Shown here: positions 30,195-39,891 of the stretch, one piece after another
Numbering within the stretch: position 1 is the stretch's first letter
How the letters are laid out: each line of letters begins with the position of its first letter
Source of the DNA: Patescibacteria group bacterium
GTDB lineage: Bacteria; Patescibacteriota; Patescibacteriia; UBA10025; JAHIVO01
Reading direction: 5' to 3'
Length of the DNA: 64,000 nucleotides
Assembly (NCBI GenBank): GCA_049325535.1
Contig: JBMOKY010000001.1
Span: 749,942 to 813,941 of the forward strand
Program-made: the position numbers and the translations under genes
Notes under the pieces: model-generated
Databases searched by the model: none
Told to the model about the DNA's origin: nothing
The model's input: only the letters and a program-made list of their open reading frames with translations

Positions 30195-30468
30195 GCGTAA
30201 TTTTTTTCTTGATAACGTCTTTCTTCGTTCCTTCTACCTGCTTGATATATTTAGTACCGATACGAACTAAACCGGCCATAGTAAACATGAATGCCAATGC
30301 CGTCAATCCGAGATAAAACCACGGCGCGGAATCATATTTTTCATCCAGCCATTTCCCGAGAAACAACGCAGCGACGATCGGTACCACAATCCACCCGGTC
30401 ACTTCGGCAAAAACTGCCAGTGCTGGCTGCCACCAAGCCTTATCTGGTTGCTGTTTCGTTGTTTGCAT
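30166..30468 (-). CDS. AtpZ/AtpI family protein
   Basis: Two TM segments with LGKWLDEKY; first gene of the atp operon. Confidence 0.85.
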   Translation of the reverse strand: MQTTKQQPDKAWWQPALAVFAEVTGWIVVPIVAALFLGKWLDEKYDSAPWFYLGLTALAFMFTMAGLVRIGTKYIKQVEGTKKDVIKKKITHDRNRDDNS

Positions 30469-30724
30469 CGGTCAAGTCAGGTAAAAAGAACAATTCTTCG
30501 CTAATATTAGTGAAATAATGTGGACAGATATCCACAATTTGGCCTTCATACTAGTACAATACACCAAATAAATCAAGACCCCCACTTTTTCAGAACGGCA
30601 AAAAAGACACCATTTGGCTAACCTTAGTACAATTCATATTGTACCAAATTGACTGACGATTTAATTATGGTACCGTTGGGTAATATCAAAAACAAAACTA
30701 CGACAAACCATTGGAGGTGGCACC

Positions 30725-31255
30725 TTGCACAAACAACCAAACTATTATCTGATCTGTATCCTGCTGGCATTCGCGGCAGGGATGCTCCTGGCGGCTATCT
30801 TCGGCATGCAACCGGTCGACATGACCAAACAGATCCTGCTTCTTGCCAGTGTATGCGTTATCGGTTCCGCAGTTGAATTGTTTCGAGCGCACGGTTGGCG
30901 AAAAAAACGGAAAAAGGAGTTTGCGTCAAACAAACTGACCATTACCGCTCATCCGGGCGGCGATATCCGCGTCATCCCCGCTCATGGCACGGCATGGACC
31001 TGTGCCAATTACAGCCGGGCGCTGACCATCACTGAAGCTGACGGTCGCTGTACCTACGCACTGATCGTCAGTAAACTCGATCAACAAGGGAAGTCGCTGC
31101 AGGCTCTCAGTATCGACGGCAACTGTCCGCCGGGTGATGACTGGACTACCGGTGAAATCTCAAATGTTTGTCTCACAGCCGGCGGCATCAGTTATACCGT
31201 CACCCATGAACGAAACGGTGTAAAAGAACAAGAAACCATCACCGTCAGCCGGTGA
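30725..31255 (+). CDS. Hypothetical membrane protein
   Basis: TTG after GGAGGT; two N-terminal TM segments, then a beta-rich domain. Confidence 0.7.
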   Translation: MHKQPNYYLICILLAFAAGMLLAAIFGMQPVDMTKQILLLASVCVIGSAVELFRAHGWRKKRKKEFASNKLTITAHPGGDIRVIPAHGTAWTCANYSRALTITEADGRCTYALIVSKLDQQGKSLQALSIDGNCPPGDDWTTGEISNVCLTAGGISYTVTHERNGVKEQETITVSR

Positions 31256-31268
31256 AGCAAGGAGGATC

Positions 31269-31529
31269 ATGTCATTCCGCACTACCACTCGGCCCTATCG
31301 GCTCCGTATCGACCGCCAGCACCAGCTGGCGCCCGAAACCCTCACCCCCAGTGCGCTGACGCGCATCCGCATCACTGCCGTTCAGGCGCGGCGCATCGAC
31401 ACTGGCATTCGCGTCAGTATCCGGAATGGAACGGAACATGCCATGGCTACCGCGCGGATTACCGCGCTGCATAGCTGTGGGAAAACGCACACGCTCCACC
31501 TGGAAATACTCCCCGCTCCGGAGCGGTAA
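31269..31529 (+). CDS. Hypothetical protein (86 aa)
   Basis: SD AAGGAGG; follows 30725..31255; hairpin downstream. Confidence 0.6.
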   Translation: MSFRTTTRPYRLRIDRQHQLAPETLTPSALTRIRITAVQARRIDTGIRVSIRNGTEHAMATARITALHSCGKTHTLHLEILPAPER

Positions 31530-31612
31530 ACAACCATTTGTACAAACTATATAAAAAACCCCACGCTGATCACATGAACAACGTGGGGTGAATTTTATCT
31601 GACGACGCCAGA

Positions 31613-32050
31613 TTAGGCTGCCTGCAGCCGCTCCAGGACTGCGGGATGATTTCTTTTCAGCCAAGTGGCTAAACCGCGAGAAAACTCGAGAATCGTCATC
31701 TCCAGATCCGCCCGAGGGTCGCCCAGAATCTGTATGTCCTGAAGATTATCGGTAGTGGGTATACGGGCAATCCGTCGCCGTGGAATTTTCGGAAGATTGA
31801 GCGCGTCTTCCAGAAACATGCACAGCGCAATCGGATCAGATGTACCGAATGAAATATCAATGAAGCGGTCGTCAGGAATACGAATGACCACCTGGTGAAA
31901 CGCCAAGGGCCTAAGCATCTGCATGCCAAAGCGCCTGCGCGGACGTGAATTGGTTGCCTGATTTTCCTGGCGAAAAAGGTAGCCGATAATAGCGCGAGCA
32001 ATGGCGCACTGCGCACCATGCACTGATTGATTCATGGCATATCGATGCAT
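31613..32050 (-). CDS. Hypothetical protein (145 aa)
   Basis: SD GAGGT; TTGACG-17-TATGGT upstream. Confidence 0.6.
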   Translation of the reverse strand: MHRYAMNQSVHGAQCAIARAIIGYLFRQENQATNSRPRRRFGMQMLRPLAFHQVVIRIPDDRFIDISFGTSDPIALCMFLEDALNLPKIPRRRIARIPTTDNLQDIQILGDPRADLEMTILEFSRGLATWLKRNHPAVLERLQAA

Positions 32051-32162
32051 GAAATGACCTCTTTCTTTTTGGGTACTTGCTTACTTTTCCTAGCGCCACC
32101 ATAGCGAAATCAGCGCAGCCCGTCAAGGCGGACCGCGTATCTGGAAACATGCTCAAGGTAGA

Positions 32163-33350
32163 CTAATCCCGAAAGAGAATCCCCTCTTTTGAATATATCC
32201 TGCCTGCCACAAAAATACCGGCAACAGCGAACACTAATAAGGAAATAAATGTAACGGCAACATGTGGCCAGTCATAAATTCCGAGTAGCACCTCTTTCAT
32301 GACAAATACGGCGTTCATGCCCGGTACGAGAAACATGATCAGACTCGGCTGAAAACTGGGAAGTGAATTGGCTATACCCACCGGCAACACCGCCAATAAA
32401 TAGAACGGTGAAATATAATTTTGCGCTTCTTTATAGCTTTTAGCAAATATTGCTACCGAGAGAAGTAAACCGGAAAACATGACGGCGAGTATCGCGCCGA
32501 TCCCCAGCATCACGCCGATCGCGCCTGGTGTCAGATTGATGACAATCTCACCTTCCATTCCCAGACTCGGGGTATAAAACCGAAACGAGGCGTACAATGA
32601 CGCCAGAGAAAGCACAATCGTCAGTACTGCCATCACGGTAACCGCCAGATATTTTCCCATGACGATTTTAAACCGGGAAATAGGTACCAACAGCAATGCC
32701 TCCAGTGTCTTGCGCTCCTTTTCCCCTGCTGATACGTCGATGGCCACATACATGCCGCCGACGATGGCAAAAATGACGATAAACATGGGCAGCAGAAACC
32801 CGACGAAGAAACCGCCGCGCTCCTCTGCCGTCGCGATGTCCTCAGGCTGCGGTGTGACACTCGTCATGATCTGAGGATCTACGCCCTTTTCCGTCAGCCG
32901 GCTGACCGCCTCGACCTGGTTAAATGTCTGCAGCACGGCCATCACTTTTGCCAGCGCCGTGCTCGAGTCAACTTTTGAGCTTTTATGCTTCACGACAAGC
33001 GTCGCGGGGACTTCGGCGTCAAGTGATGTTTGGAATCCATCGGGAACTTCGATGTAGATGGACACTGCCCCAGATTCAATATCAGCGGCGTAATCATCAG
33101 TTTCGACAAGTTCGATCTTGTCCTGCGCCATGAGATACTCCGTCAATGTCGGCGATACGATTTGGCTGCTTAATGCGACAACCGCTACTTTTTCCTCCGC
33201 TTGCGTGATCTGGTATTCCTGCAGTTTGAATGACCCGATCAGGATGATCGGCATGAGGATGATTGGCATGAGGATAGCCGTAGCAAGCGTGCGGCGATCG
33301 CGGATGTTATCCAGTAATTCTTTTTTACAAACGGTAAAAATCTCTTTCAT
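32163..33350 (-). CDS. ABC-2 type permease, NatB-like
   Basis: KELLDNIRDRRTL, AGEKERKTLEALL, FAKSYKEAQNY. Confidence 0.9.
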   Translation of the reverse strand: MKEIFTVCKKELLDNIRDRRTLATAILMPIILMPIILIGSFKLQEYQITQAEEKVAVVALSSQIVSPTLTEYLMAQDKIELVETDDYAADIESGAVSIYIEVPDGFQTSLDAEVPATLVVKHKSSKVDSSTALAKVMAVLQTFNQVEAVSRLTEKGVDPQIMTSVTPQPEDIATAEERGGFFVGFLLPMFIVIFAIVGGMYVAIDVSAGEKERKTLEALLLVPISRFKIVMGKYLAVTVMAVLTIVLSLASLYASFRFYTPSLGMEGEIVINLTPGAIGVMLGIGAILAVMFSGLLLSVAIFAKSYKEAQNYISPFYLLAVLPVGIANSLPSFQPSLIMFLVPGMNAVFVMKEVLLGIYDWPHVAVTFISLLVFAVAGIFVAGRIYSKEGILFRD

Positions 33351-33351
33351 A

Positions 33352-34158
33352 TTATTTCCACCGGCTCAATAATCCTTTCTTTTTCGCGTTCATCAACGCG
33401 ATCTGTTTTTCTTCGGCCGCCGCTTGAGCCTCAAACATCGCCTCAGTGCCCACGATGCTGGTAAAGGCCGCCTCAAGATTTGACTGCTGGGTCTGGGCTA
33501 ACAGCTCTTTGACCGTGCCGACTGCTACCACCCGCGCACGGTGTATGATGGCCACCCGGTCGCACAATTTTTCCGCGTCAAACATATCATGGGTGGACAG
33601 CACCACCAATTTCTTCATAGTTCGCGCCTCCCGCATAAATGCGATAACCGTTTGTGCAGCTAATACGTCGAGGCCCGCCGTCGGCTCATCAAACATGATT
33701 ACTTTTGGGTCGTGGATGATAGAACGGCCAATGGCAACTTTCTGCTTCATACCGGTAGAAAATTTACCTGCCCGGCGGTCGGCAAACCGCTCCATATGCA
33801 AAATCCGAATCAATTCATCAATCCGATTCTCGAGTGACTCCCCACCCATGCCATACAGCTGGCCGAAGTACCGGAGGTTTTCTCGTGCCGTAAAGCGGTC
33901 ATACAGACCAATATCGGCGGTCAGTAAACCAATATTCCGCCGCACGTCTTCGGGCTGCTTCACGATGTCAAAACCAGCTACGGTTGCGGTGCCTGACGTG
34001 GGCTGCAGCACCGTCGCGATCACCCGGATGGTGGTTGTCTTCCCGGCGCCGTTTGGCCCCAATAATCCAAAAATTTCACCAGCATGCGCCTCAAACGACA
34101 CATTATTGACGGCGGTAAAATCGTTGAATTTCTTGGTTAATCCTTGTACTGAGAGCAT
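33352..34158 (-). CDS. ABC ATPase, NatA-like
   Basis: GPNGAGKTT, FSTGMKQKV, FDEPTAGLD. Confidence 0.92.
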   Translation of the reverse strand: MLSVQGLTKKFNDFTAVNNVSFEAHAGEIFGLLGPNGAGKTTTIRVIATVLQPTSGTATVAGFDIVKQPEDVRRNIGLLTADIGLYDRFTARENLRYFGQLYGMGGESLENRIDELIRILHMERFADRRAGKFSTGMKQKVAIGRSIIHDPKVIMFDEPTAGLDVLAAQTVIAFMREARTMKKLVVLSTHDMFDAEKLCDRVAIIHRARVVAVGTVKELLAQTQQSNLEAAFTSIVGTEAMFEAQAAAEEKQIALMNAKKKGLLSRWK

Positions 34159-34161
34159 ACC

Positions 34162-34557
34162 CTACATGTTGAACATTTGATAAGGAAACCCATTAAACGT
34201 ATCGCCGATTAACTCGCGTATACTTCTACCCTGGCTGTGCGTGCCATAATAGATTTGAATAACGGCTTTTCCGACGCAATCCGGCCGGGGATGTACCGTC
34301 ACCTCAGTTCCGCCGCGCGCACCGATACCATCAACTAATGCCTGGGATTGATATACCAGTGCGGTTGTCTCTGCAGAACTGTGGAGCGCATCGCAGGCCG
34401 GTACCTGTGCCCAGGCGTTTGCTTGGAAATATACCACAGCCATCCAGATGATAAAAACGATGATGCCGACTCCCAGTGTACCCGTCACGCCAATCACCAC
34501 CCGCCAAAAAAATATCTGGCGCGGCGCTGGGTGAGACTGGATCGGCTTCTGTTCCAT
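34162..34557 (-). CDS. Hypothetical single-TM protein
   Basis: In an operon between rmuC and the ABC genes. Confidence 0.7.
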   Translation of the reverse strand: MEQKPIQSHPAPRQIFFWRVVIGVTGTLGVGIIVFIIWMAVVYFQANAWAQVPACDALHSSAETTALVYQSQALVDGIGARGGTEVTVHPRPDCVGKAVIQIYYGTHSQGRSIRELIGDTFNGFPYQMFNM

Positions 34558-34563
34558 AGTAAT

Positions 34564-35631
34564 TTACTCATCCTTTGGCTTCGCTACCTCAAGCGGTTCA
34601 ATGCTCCCGCCGACTTCAGCGATTTTGAGCATATCCTTATCGACCTTTTTGAATTCTTTATAGGCAAAATTGTAGCTGCTGACGGTGGTGCCGAGATGCT
34701 GACCCAGCTTCTGCATGTACGTATCATAATTCGATAAATGCTTAGAAAGCAGCTCGACATTTTGACGGATTTCCTTGGCTGACTCTTCGATCTGCATAGC
34801 GCGCAAACCCTGCAGAACGGTTTGCAAATACGCTAAAAAGGAAGTTGGCGAAACTATAATAACATGGTATTTCCCCGCGGCTCGCTGTATAAGATTTTCC
34901 GTATCTTCTGCGACGGCGCCAACTTTATTTATCAATAAATCATAATAAATCGCTTCGTGCGGAATAAACATGAAGGCAAAATCCATTGTTCCCTCATTCG
35001 GCCGTACGTACTTGGCGGTCTCGGTAATGCGAAGTTTCAGATCATTCACAAACACCTTTTCCAAACGCTGATGTTCTGACGGGTCAGCTGTCGCCGCCAT
35101 GCGATTATAGTTTTCGAGGCTAAATTTTGAGTCTACGGGGATGATTTTATCCTTGACGAAAACAACGGCGTCAACAATCTCACCATCTTGAAATTTATAC
35201 TGCATCTGATAGGCATTCGGCGGCATGACATTTTTTAGAAGGGTTTCTAAATAATACTCCCCTAATACGCCCCGTTGTTTTGGATTTTTTAAAATATCCT
35301 GGAGATTACGCAGCTGATCAGCAAAACCAACCACCTGACGATTTGTTTCGTCCAGCCGGGTTAATTTCTCAGTCACTTGCTGGACTATTTTTGCCGATTC
35401 GCCGAATTGAGCCTGGATTGCCCGCGTCGAATCGGCCAATTTTAAGTCAACCGTTTTGGTCAGCTCCCCGCTCTGTTGGTGCAGCTGCGCGATACGCTCC
35501 TCCAGCCGCACCATTTTTTCATGCAAATCCTTGTCGATGCTCATATTGCCGCTGCCTTTGCGCAAGCTGAAATAAATCGACACCATGCCGCCTAAAATGA
35601 GGACCCCAATGATAATGGTAATGATATCCAT
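34564..35631 (-). CDS. rmuC: DNA recombination protein RmuC
   Basis: NPKQRGVLGEYYLE, PVDSKF, TMDFAFMFIP, VSPTSF; TACACT 6 nt before ATG 35631. Confidence 0.93.
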   Translation of the reverse strand: MDIITIIIGVLILGGMVSIYFSLRKGSGNMSIDKDLHEKMVRLEERIAQLHQQSGELTKTVDLKLADSTRAIQAQFGESAKIVQQVTEKLTRLDETNRQVVGFADQLRNLQDILKNPKQRGVLGEYYLETLLKNVMPPNAYQMQYKFQDGEIVDAVVFVKDKIIPVDSKFSLENYNRMAATADPSEHQRLEKVFVNDLKLRITETAKYVRPNEGTMDFAFMFIPHEAIYYDLLINKVGAVAEDTENLIQRAAGKYHVIIVSPTSFLAYLQTVLQGLRAMQIEESAKEIRQNVELLSKHLSNYDTYMQKLGQHLGTTVSSYNFAYKEFKKVDKDMLKIAEVGGSIEPLEVAKPKDE

Positions 35632-35706
35632 GCCCATAGTGTAGCGCTTTTCCTCCAATAAAACAATAAAAAAACCAGTTAAACCTATCTAAACTATTGA
35701 TAATAG

Positions 35707-35715
35707 TTATCCACA
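35707..35715 (+). promoter_or_regulatory. Perfect DnaA-box sequence TTATCCACA
   Basis: Single exact 9-mer, just upstream of the ncRNA promoter. Confidence 0.35.
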
Positions 35716-35724
35716 GTGGCTGAC

Positions 35725-35753
35725 TTGTACCAGACCCACAATCAAGCTATACT
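35725..35753 (+). promoter_or_regulatory. Sigma70-type promoter
   Basis: TTGTAC-17-TATACT. Confidence 0.7.
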
Positions 35754-35759
35754 GTAGTC

Positions 35760-35931
35760 ACATTTCCCCCCTCCCTCAATCTTCTCTCCCCAACACACAA
35801 CAAAAAAACCAAAATCTCCCTCCCCTTCGCTCCTTCTCACACATCTCACACTCGTACACACACTCCCCTTCGTTCATTCTCTATCCAAATATATCGGCCA
35901 CCCTGCATATGCAACGGTGGCCACTTTTTTT
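35760..35931 (+). ncRNA. Candidate C-rich, G-depleted small RNA
   Basis: Bounded by a promoter and a terminator (ggccacc...ggtggcc plus T7); no start codon in the body; 3 G in 136 nt; five CTCCC and one CTCCTTC. Confidence 0.65.
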
Positions 35932-35992
35932 GTACCATGGTTCCGCGGCAAAAAAAAGCCCGCGGCGGGAGTGCCGTCGCGAGACTTAGGTT

Positions 35993-36142
35993 TTAAAGAA
36001 AATCACGTTCGATTCGAATGAACGATAGGGCGCGCGTCCGACATGTCGGACAGCCGCATATGTGTGCCATGAGTAGCGCTAATGTACAGCGCGGAAGCGG
36101 ACCGATTGTCGTCAGCAATCGGATGCTAGTGCCACACTCCAT
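35993..36142 (-). CDS. Unannotated 49-aa protein with HxxxCxxC (zf-HC2/ZAS-like)
   Basis: MECGTSIRLLTTIGPLPRCTLALLMAHICGCPTCRTRALSFIRIERDFL; SD GAGGAGGT; starts 17 nt after the tatD stop; terminator follows. Confidence 0.65.
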   Translation of the reverse strand: MECGTSIRLLTTIGPLPRCTLALLMAHICGCPTCRTRALSFIRIERDFL

Positions 36143-36159
36143 ATGAACCTCCTCACGTC

Positions 36160-37005
36160 TCAGGCCTTCGGTAATCCAAAGAATTTTTCCGCATTTGCGG
36201 TAGTGATCGATGCTACTTCTTCAAATGTAACCCCCTTGATTTCAGCGACACGATCCGCCACATACCGCACATAGCGCGGCTCATTGCGCTTGCCGCGCAC
36301 CAGCTGCGGCGCTAAATACGGCGCGTCAGTTTCCACCATCATCCGGTCGAGCGGTGTTTTTTTGACGACTTCTTCCAGTTTGCGTGTTTTAGGAAAAGTG
36401 ATGATACCAGTAAAGGAAATCATCAGACCAGCGTCAAGGATTTTCTTCGCGATCGCCCAATCTTCAGTAAAACAATGCACCACCGCATTCGTGAAGCTCG
36501 CCTCTTTGACCAATTCCAGCATATCCGTGTACGCCCGCGATGGATCGGCTTTGGCTCCCCGCGTATGGATAATAATAGGTTTATTGATTTTCTGTGCCAG
36601 TTGGATCGCCTTGATAAATGTCCATTTTTGTTTCTGGATAAATTCATCATCGGCAATGCCCGCGGGTTTGTGAAAATAATCGATTCCCATTTCACCGATC
36701 GCCACTACGCCAGATTCCTGTGCCAGCTCGGCATAGTCATCCGCTTTGAATTCTTCCCGACGCGTATGAAACGAATCCTCACCCTCGTCCACATCCATAT
36801 CAAATAAATGGATCGGGTGCAGTCCGACCGCCGCATACATTTTGCCTGGATGTTCTGTGGCGAGTTTTACCGCCCGCTGGCTGGTGGAGTACTGAGAGCC
36901 GACATTGATCACCCGCAGACCTTCGGCAAGCGTACGATCGACTACCTCATCAAAATCGTACTTATATGCGGCAAAATTCAGATGGCAATGGGTGTCTATC
37001 AACAT
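36160..37005 (-). CDS. tatD: TatD family hydrolase
   Basis: IDTHCH, GLHP, AIGEMGIDY, VHCF, ETDAPY. Confidence 0.96.
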   Translation of the reverse strand: MLIDTHCHLNFAAYKYDFDEVVDRTLAEGLRVINVGSQYSTSQRAVKLATEHPGKMYAAVGLHPIHLFDMDVDEGEDSFHTRREEFKADDYAELAQESGVVAIGEMGIDYFHKPAGIADDEFIQKQKWTFIKAIQLAQKINKPIIIHTRGAKADPSRAYTDMLELVKEASFTNAVVHCFTEDWAIAKKILDAGLMISFTGIITFPKTRKLEEVVKKTPLDRMMVETDAPYLAPQLVRGKRNEPRYVRYVADRVAEIKGVTFEEVASITTANAEKFFGLPKA

Positions 37006-37117
37006 GATTCTACGGTGGTACTAACCAATAACTTTACTTAATTAAGAATACCTTTGAATTCTAACACATCTCGCCCCATACCTACGCACAGCGACATGGT
37101 ATGGGTCGATCAGCATG

Positions 37118-37624
37118 CTAACCTACGATTTCTATCTTCAATGATTCGGGAACAAGCGGCGATAGTATACTGGCAATGGCCATAAAAAGTCCGGCAAGAA
37201 TTGAATTGTCGATGGCCTCATTGACCGTGGGCGACAACTGGAAATGGCTGGCGACGAAAAGCACCGTACCAATAACCAGCGCTCCTTCCACGAACCCCAG
37301 CATGGCTCCGCCCAGGCGATTTGCCGAACTGACGAACGGAAAGAATCGGAGCAATTTAAACCCGCGGTCAAACATTTTGGCTACCCAGCCCACCAGCTGT
37401 GTCGCGGCGATAAAGAGGACGGCAAATGCCGCGAATTCAGCCACATCGGGTTTGAGCAAAAATAGCTCAAAGAATGACGCTACTCCTTGATACAAACTCC
37501 CTGCCGCCAAAATACCCACGACCACTCCGATGATCGTGCCCAACGTATGGATAAATCCAAACCAAAAACCAGAGCCGATAAAACCGAGAAAAAGTAGCAG
37601 AATGATGAGATCAAGTGTGCCCAT
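37118..37624 (-). CDS. CvpA family membrane protein
   Basis: LDLIIL...GFWFGFI, NRLGGAMLGFVEG. Confidence 0.88.
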   Translation of the reverse strand: MGTLDLIILLLFLGFIGSGFWFGFIHTLGTIIGVVVGILAAGSLYQGVASFFELFLLKPDVAEFAAFAVLFIAATQLVGWVAKMFDRGFKLLRFFPFVSSANRLGGAMLGFVEGALVIGTVLFVASHFQLSPTVNEAIDNSILAGLFMAIASILSPLVPESLKIEIVG

Positions 37625-37625
37625 A

Positions 37626-39056
37626 TTATTTCCTCATAAATAATGGGGTACCTTTAGTTATTTTTTCTGCTGAAAACGCCCCGACGATTTGGGCGGCGGT
37701 ATTGGGCATGAATGGCTCGAGTACTTTCACTAGATCCAGCAAAAATCGTGCCAGCTGTGACAGAAGCAGCTCCAGTGCTTCGCGCTGAGCCGGGTCTTTT
37801 ACCAGCACCCAGGGTTTTTGATCATCAATCATGTGGTTCGCGTCATCAATAGCCGCCCACATTTTTTTCAATGCCACGTCAAATGCTAATCTCTCAATAT
37901 GCGCTTCTACTTCGTCCAAAAATATTGGCGACTCAACATCGCGCGGGATCCGGCCTCCACAGTACTGCTCAATCATATTGAGCACCCGGCTCACCAAATT
38001 GCCCAGGTTATTTGCCAGATCAGCATTATATTTCTCTTTAAATAATTCTTGCTTAATATCCCCGTCCTGGCCAAAGGGAAACTGCGATAGCAGTAAATAG
38101 CGTGTGGCATCTGGACCAAACTCCCGCACTACATCATTTGGATCAATCACATTGCCCAATGACTTCGACATCTTCTGGCCGTTCAAACTGAAGAAGCCAT
38201 GGGCAAATATTTTTTTTGGAAGCTTTTCGCCAGCCGCCAATAGCATGGCCGGCCAATAAATGGCGTGGAATTTTACGATATCTTTTGCCATCAAGTGGAC
38301 ATCGGCGGGCCACCATTTCATGAATTGATTCTGATCCTGGCCATAACCGATTGCTGAAATGTAATTTTGCAGCGCCTCAACCCACACGTAAATTTTTTGC
38401 GTCGGGTAGATGGGGAAATCAATCCCCCATCGAACACGCTCACGCGTCACGGAAAAATCCTTCAGATCTTGTTTGAGAAGCCCGAGCACTTCGCTCCGTC
38501 GCGAGGCCGGTTCAACTACCAAAACATTGTCCTGTATCAATCGCTGTACCTCCGGTAGATACTGAGTTAATTTAAAAAACCAATTCTTCTCTTTAACCAC
38601 TTCTGGTTTTTGCTTGTGAATCGGGCATAGCCCGTCAATCAAATCTTTTTCAGTATAAAAATCCTCACACCCGCGACAATACAGCCCTTCGTAGGTACCT
38701 TGGTATAGAGCACCATGGGCATGTAATTTCTCCATAAAAATCTTCACCGCTGCCGCGTGCTCCTTCAGCGTCGTCCGCATGAAGATATCATGACTGATTT
38801 CTAGATTGGCAAATGCCTTTGAAAATTCACCGGCGTTGTGATCGACAAAAGCTTGGACTGACTGCCCGGCTTTTTCCGCGCTCTCAGCGACCTTGTCCCC
38901 GTGTTCATCCGTACCAGTCAGGAAAAAAACATCATACTCGCGCTGACGATAGTACCGCGCCAATACGTCAGCTGCAATCGTCGTATACGCATGACCAATA
39001 TGAGGACGGTCGTTTACATAATAAATTGGAGTGGTGATATAAAATCGTTTTGCCAT
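37626..39056 (-). CDS. metG: Methionine--tRNA ligase (short form)
   Basis: HIGH, GTDEHG, KMSKS. Confidence 0.97.
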   Translation of the reverse strand: MAKRFYITTPIYYVNDRPHIGHAYTTIAADVLARYYRQREYDVFFLTGTDEHGDKVAESAEKAGQSVQAFVDHNAGEFSKAFANLEISHDIFMRTTLKEHAAAVKIFMEKLHAHGALYQGTYEGLYCRGCEDFYTEKDLIDGLCPIHKQKPEVVKEKNWFFKLTQYLPEVQRLIQDNVLVVEPASRRSEVLGLLKQDLKDFSVTRERVRWGIDFPIYPTQKIYVWVEALQNYISAIGYGQDQNQFMKWWPADVHLMAKDIVKFHAIYWPAMLLAAGEKLPKKIFAHGFFSLNGQKMSKSLGNVIDPNDVVREFGPDATRYLLLSQFPFGQDGDIKQELFKEKYNADLANNLGNLVSRVLNMIEQYCGGRIPRDVESPIFLDEVEAHIERLAFDVALKKMWAAIDDANHMIDDQKPWVLVKDPAQREALELLLSQLARFLLDLVKVLEPFMPNTAAQIVGAFSAEKITKGTPLFMRK

Positions 39057-39080
39057 AATACCCTTAGTATAACAAAACTC

Positions 39081-39869
39081 CTACGTTTGCGATATCGGCG
39101 AATCGCCATCGGATGACTCTGCTGAGCCGCTGGGTGGAGAGAACTTCAGGCGTCGGATTTGCTCTTCCGGCACGCCATGGCGCTCATACATGTCACCCTC
39201 GGAAATATTCGCCATATCCTGCGGCTGAAACCCAAGTAAGCCGACTACCTGCTGCACTGCCTCCTGGCTGGGGCCCTCCACTTCCAGCCACGGTTTACCC
39301 GCCGGGCCTTCATTGATCTCGATCAGCGTCCCATTGAGATCATAGCTGGTACGGTATTTTTCTCGCTCCGAGCGTACCTGGTAGCCCATCCGCTGCAGCA
39401 ATTCGATCACTCCACCAGGGTCCTGCAGTGATGTCTCCAGCTCAATCCGATCATCTATCAGCTGCTCACGGTTGCGCGGCTCTTTTATGGTAAACGTGAG
39501 TGTATCGGCATCGCGACGCAACCGGGCCGAACGTTTCGGTAGTTCCGCCGGGCATTCCAATTGCATCTCACCATCCTGCTCACCAATGATGCGCAGTCCC
39601 AAAAATTCCATCATACCCTTGAACCGGTCAGGGTCATGTGCCGATGCAGTGCTGACGGTAATTGTTTGGGTCACGGCATCGCTATGCTTCGGCCGATTGT
39701 AGCTCTGGTCGCGCAGCAGCCGGCGCTCACGAACCAGCGTCGCTCCCAATGATACTATTTTCTGGCGCATCGCTTCCACGTCACCGATATCCAATATTTT
39801 TACTTCAATCTCATGCGGACGGACTTCCCGGCTCGGGTCCGCATCATGCGGGCTGTGTTCTGGATTCAT
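39081..39869 (-). CDS. CYTH-domain protein (CyaB-like)
   Basis: EIEVK, RLRR, EKYRTSY, LEVEG. Confidence 0.85.
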   Translation of the reverse strand: MNPEHSPHDADPSREVRPHEIEVKILDIGDVEAMRQKIVSLGATLVRERRLLRDQSYNRPKHSDAVTQTITVSTASAHDPDRFKGMMEFLGLRIIGEQDGEMQLECPAELPKRSARLRRDADTLTFTIKEPRNREQLIDDRIELETSLQDPGGVIELLQRMGYQVRSEREKYRTSYDLNGTLIEINEGPAGKPWLEVEGPSQEAVQQVVGLLGFQPQDMANISEGDMYERHGVPEEQIRRLKFSPPSGSAESSDGDSPISQT

Positions 39870-39891
39870 ATAAAACTATTTTAATACATAA

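Noticed and set aside
35659-35760. Replication origin
   Set aside because: Only one perfect DnaA box, no cluster, and no dnaA or dnaN nearby
35760-35895. Minus-strand CsrB-like GGA RNA or G-quadruplex
   Set aside because: Promoter and terminator polarity both favour the plus strand; the GGA motifs are not in hairpin loops. A DNA-level G4 cannot be excluded but is unsupported
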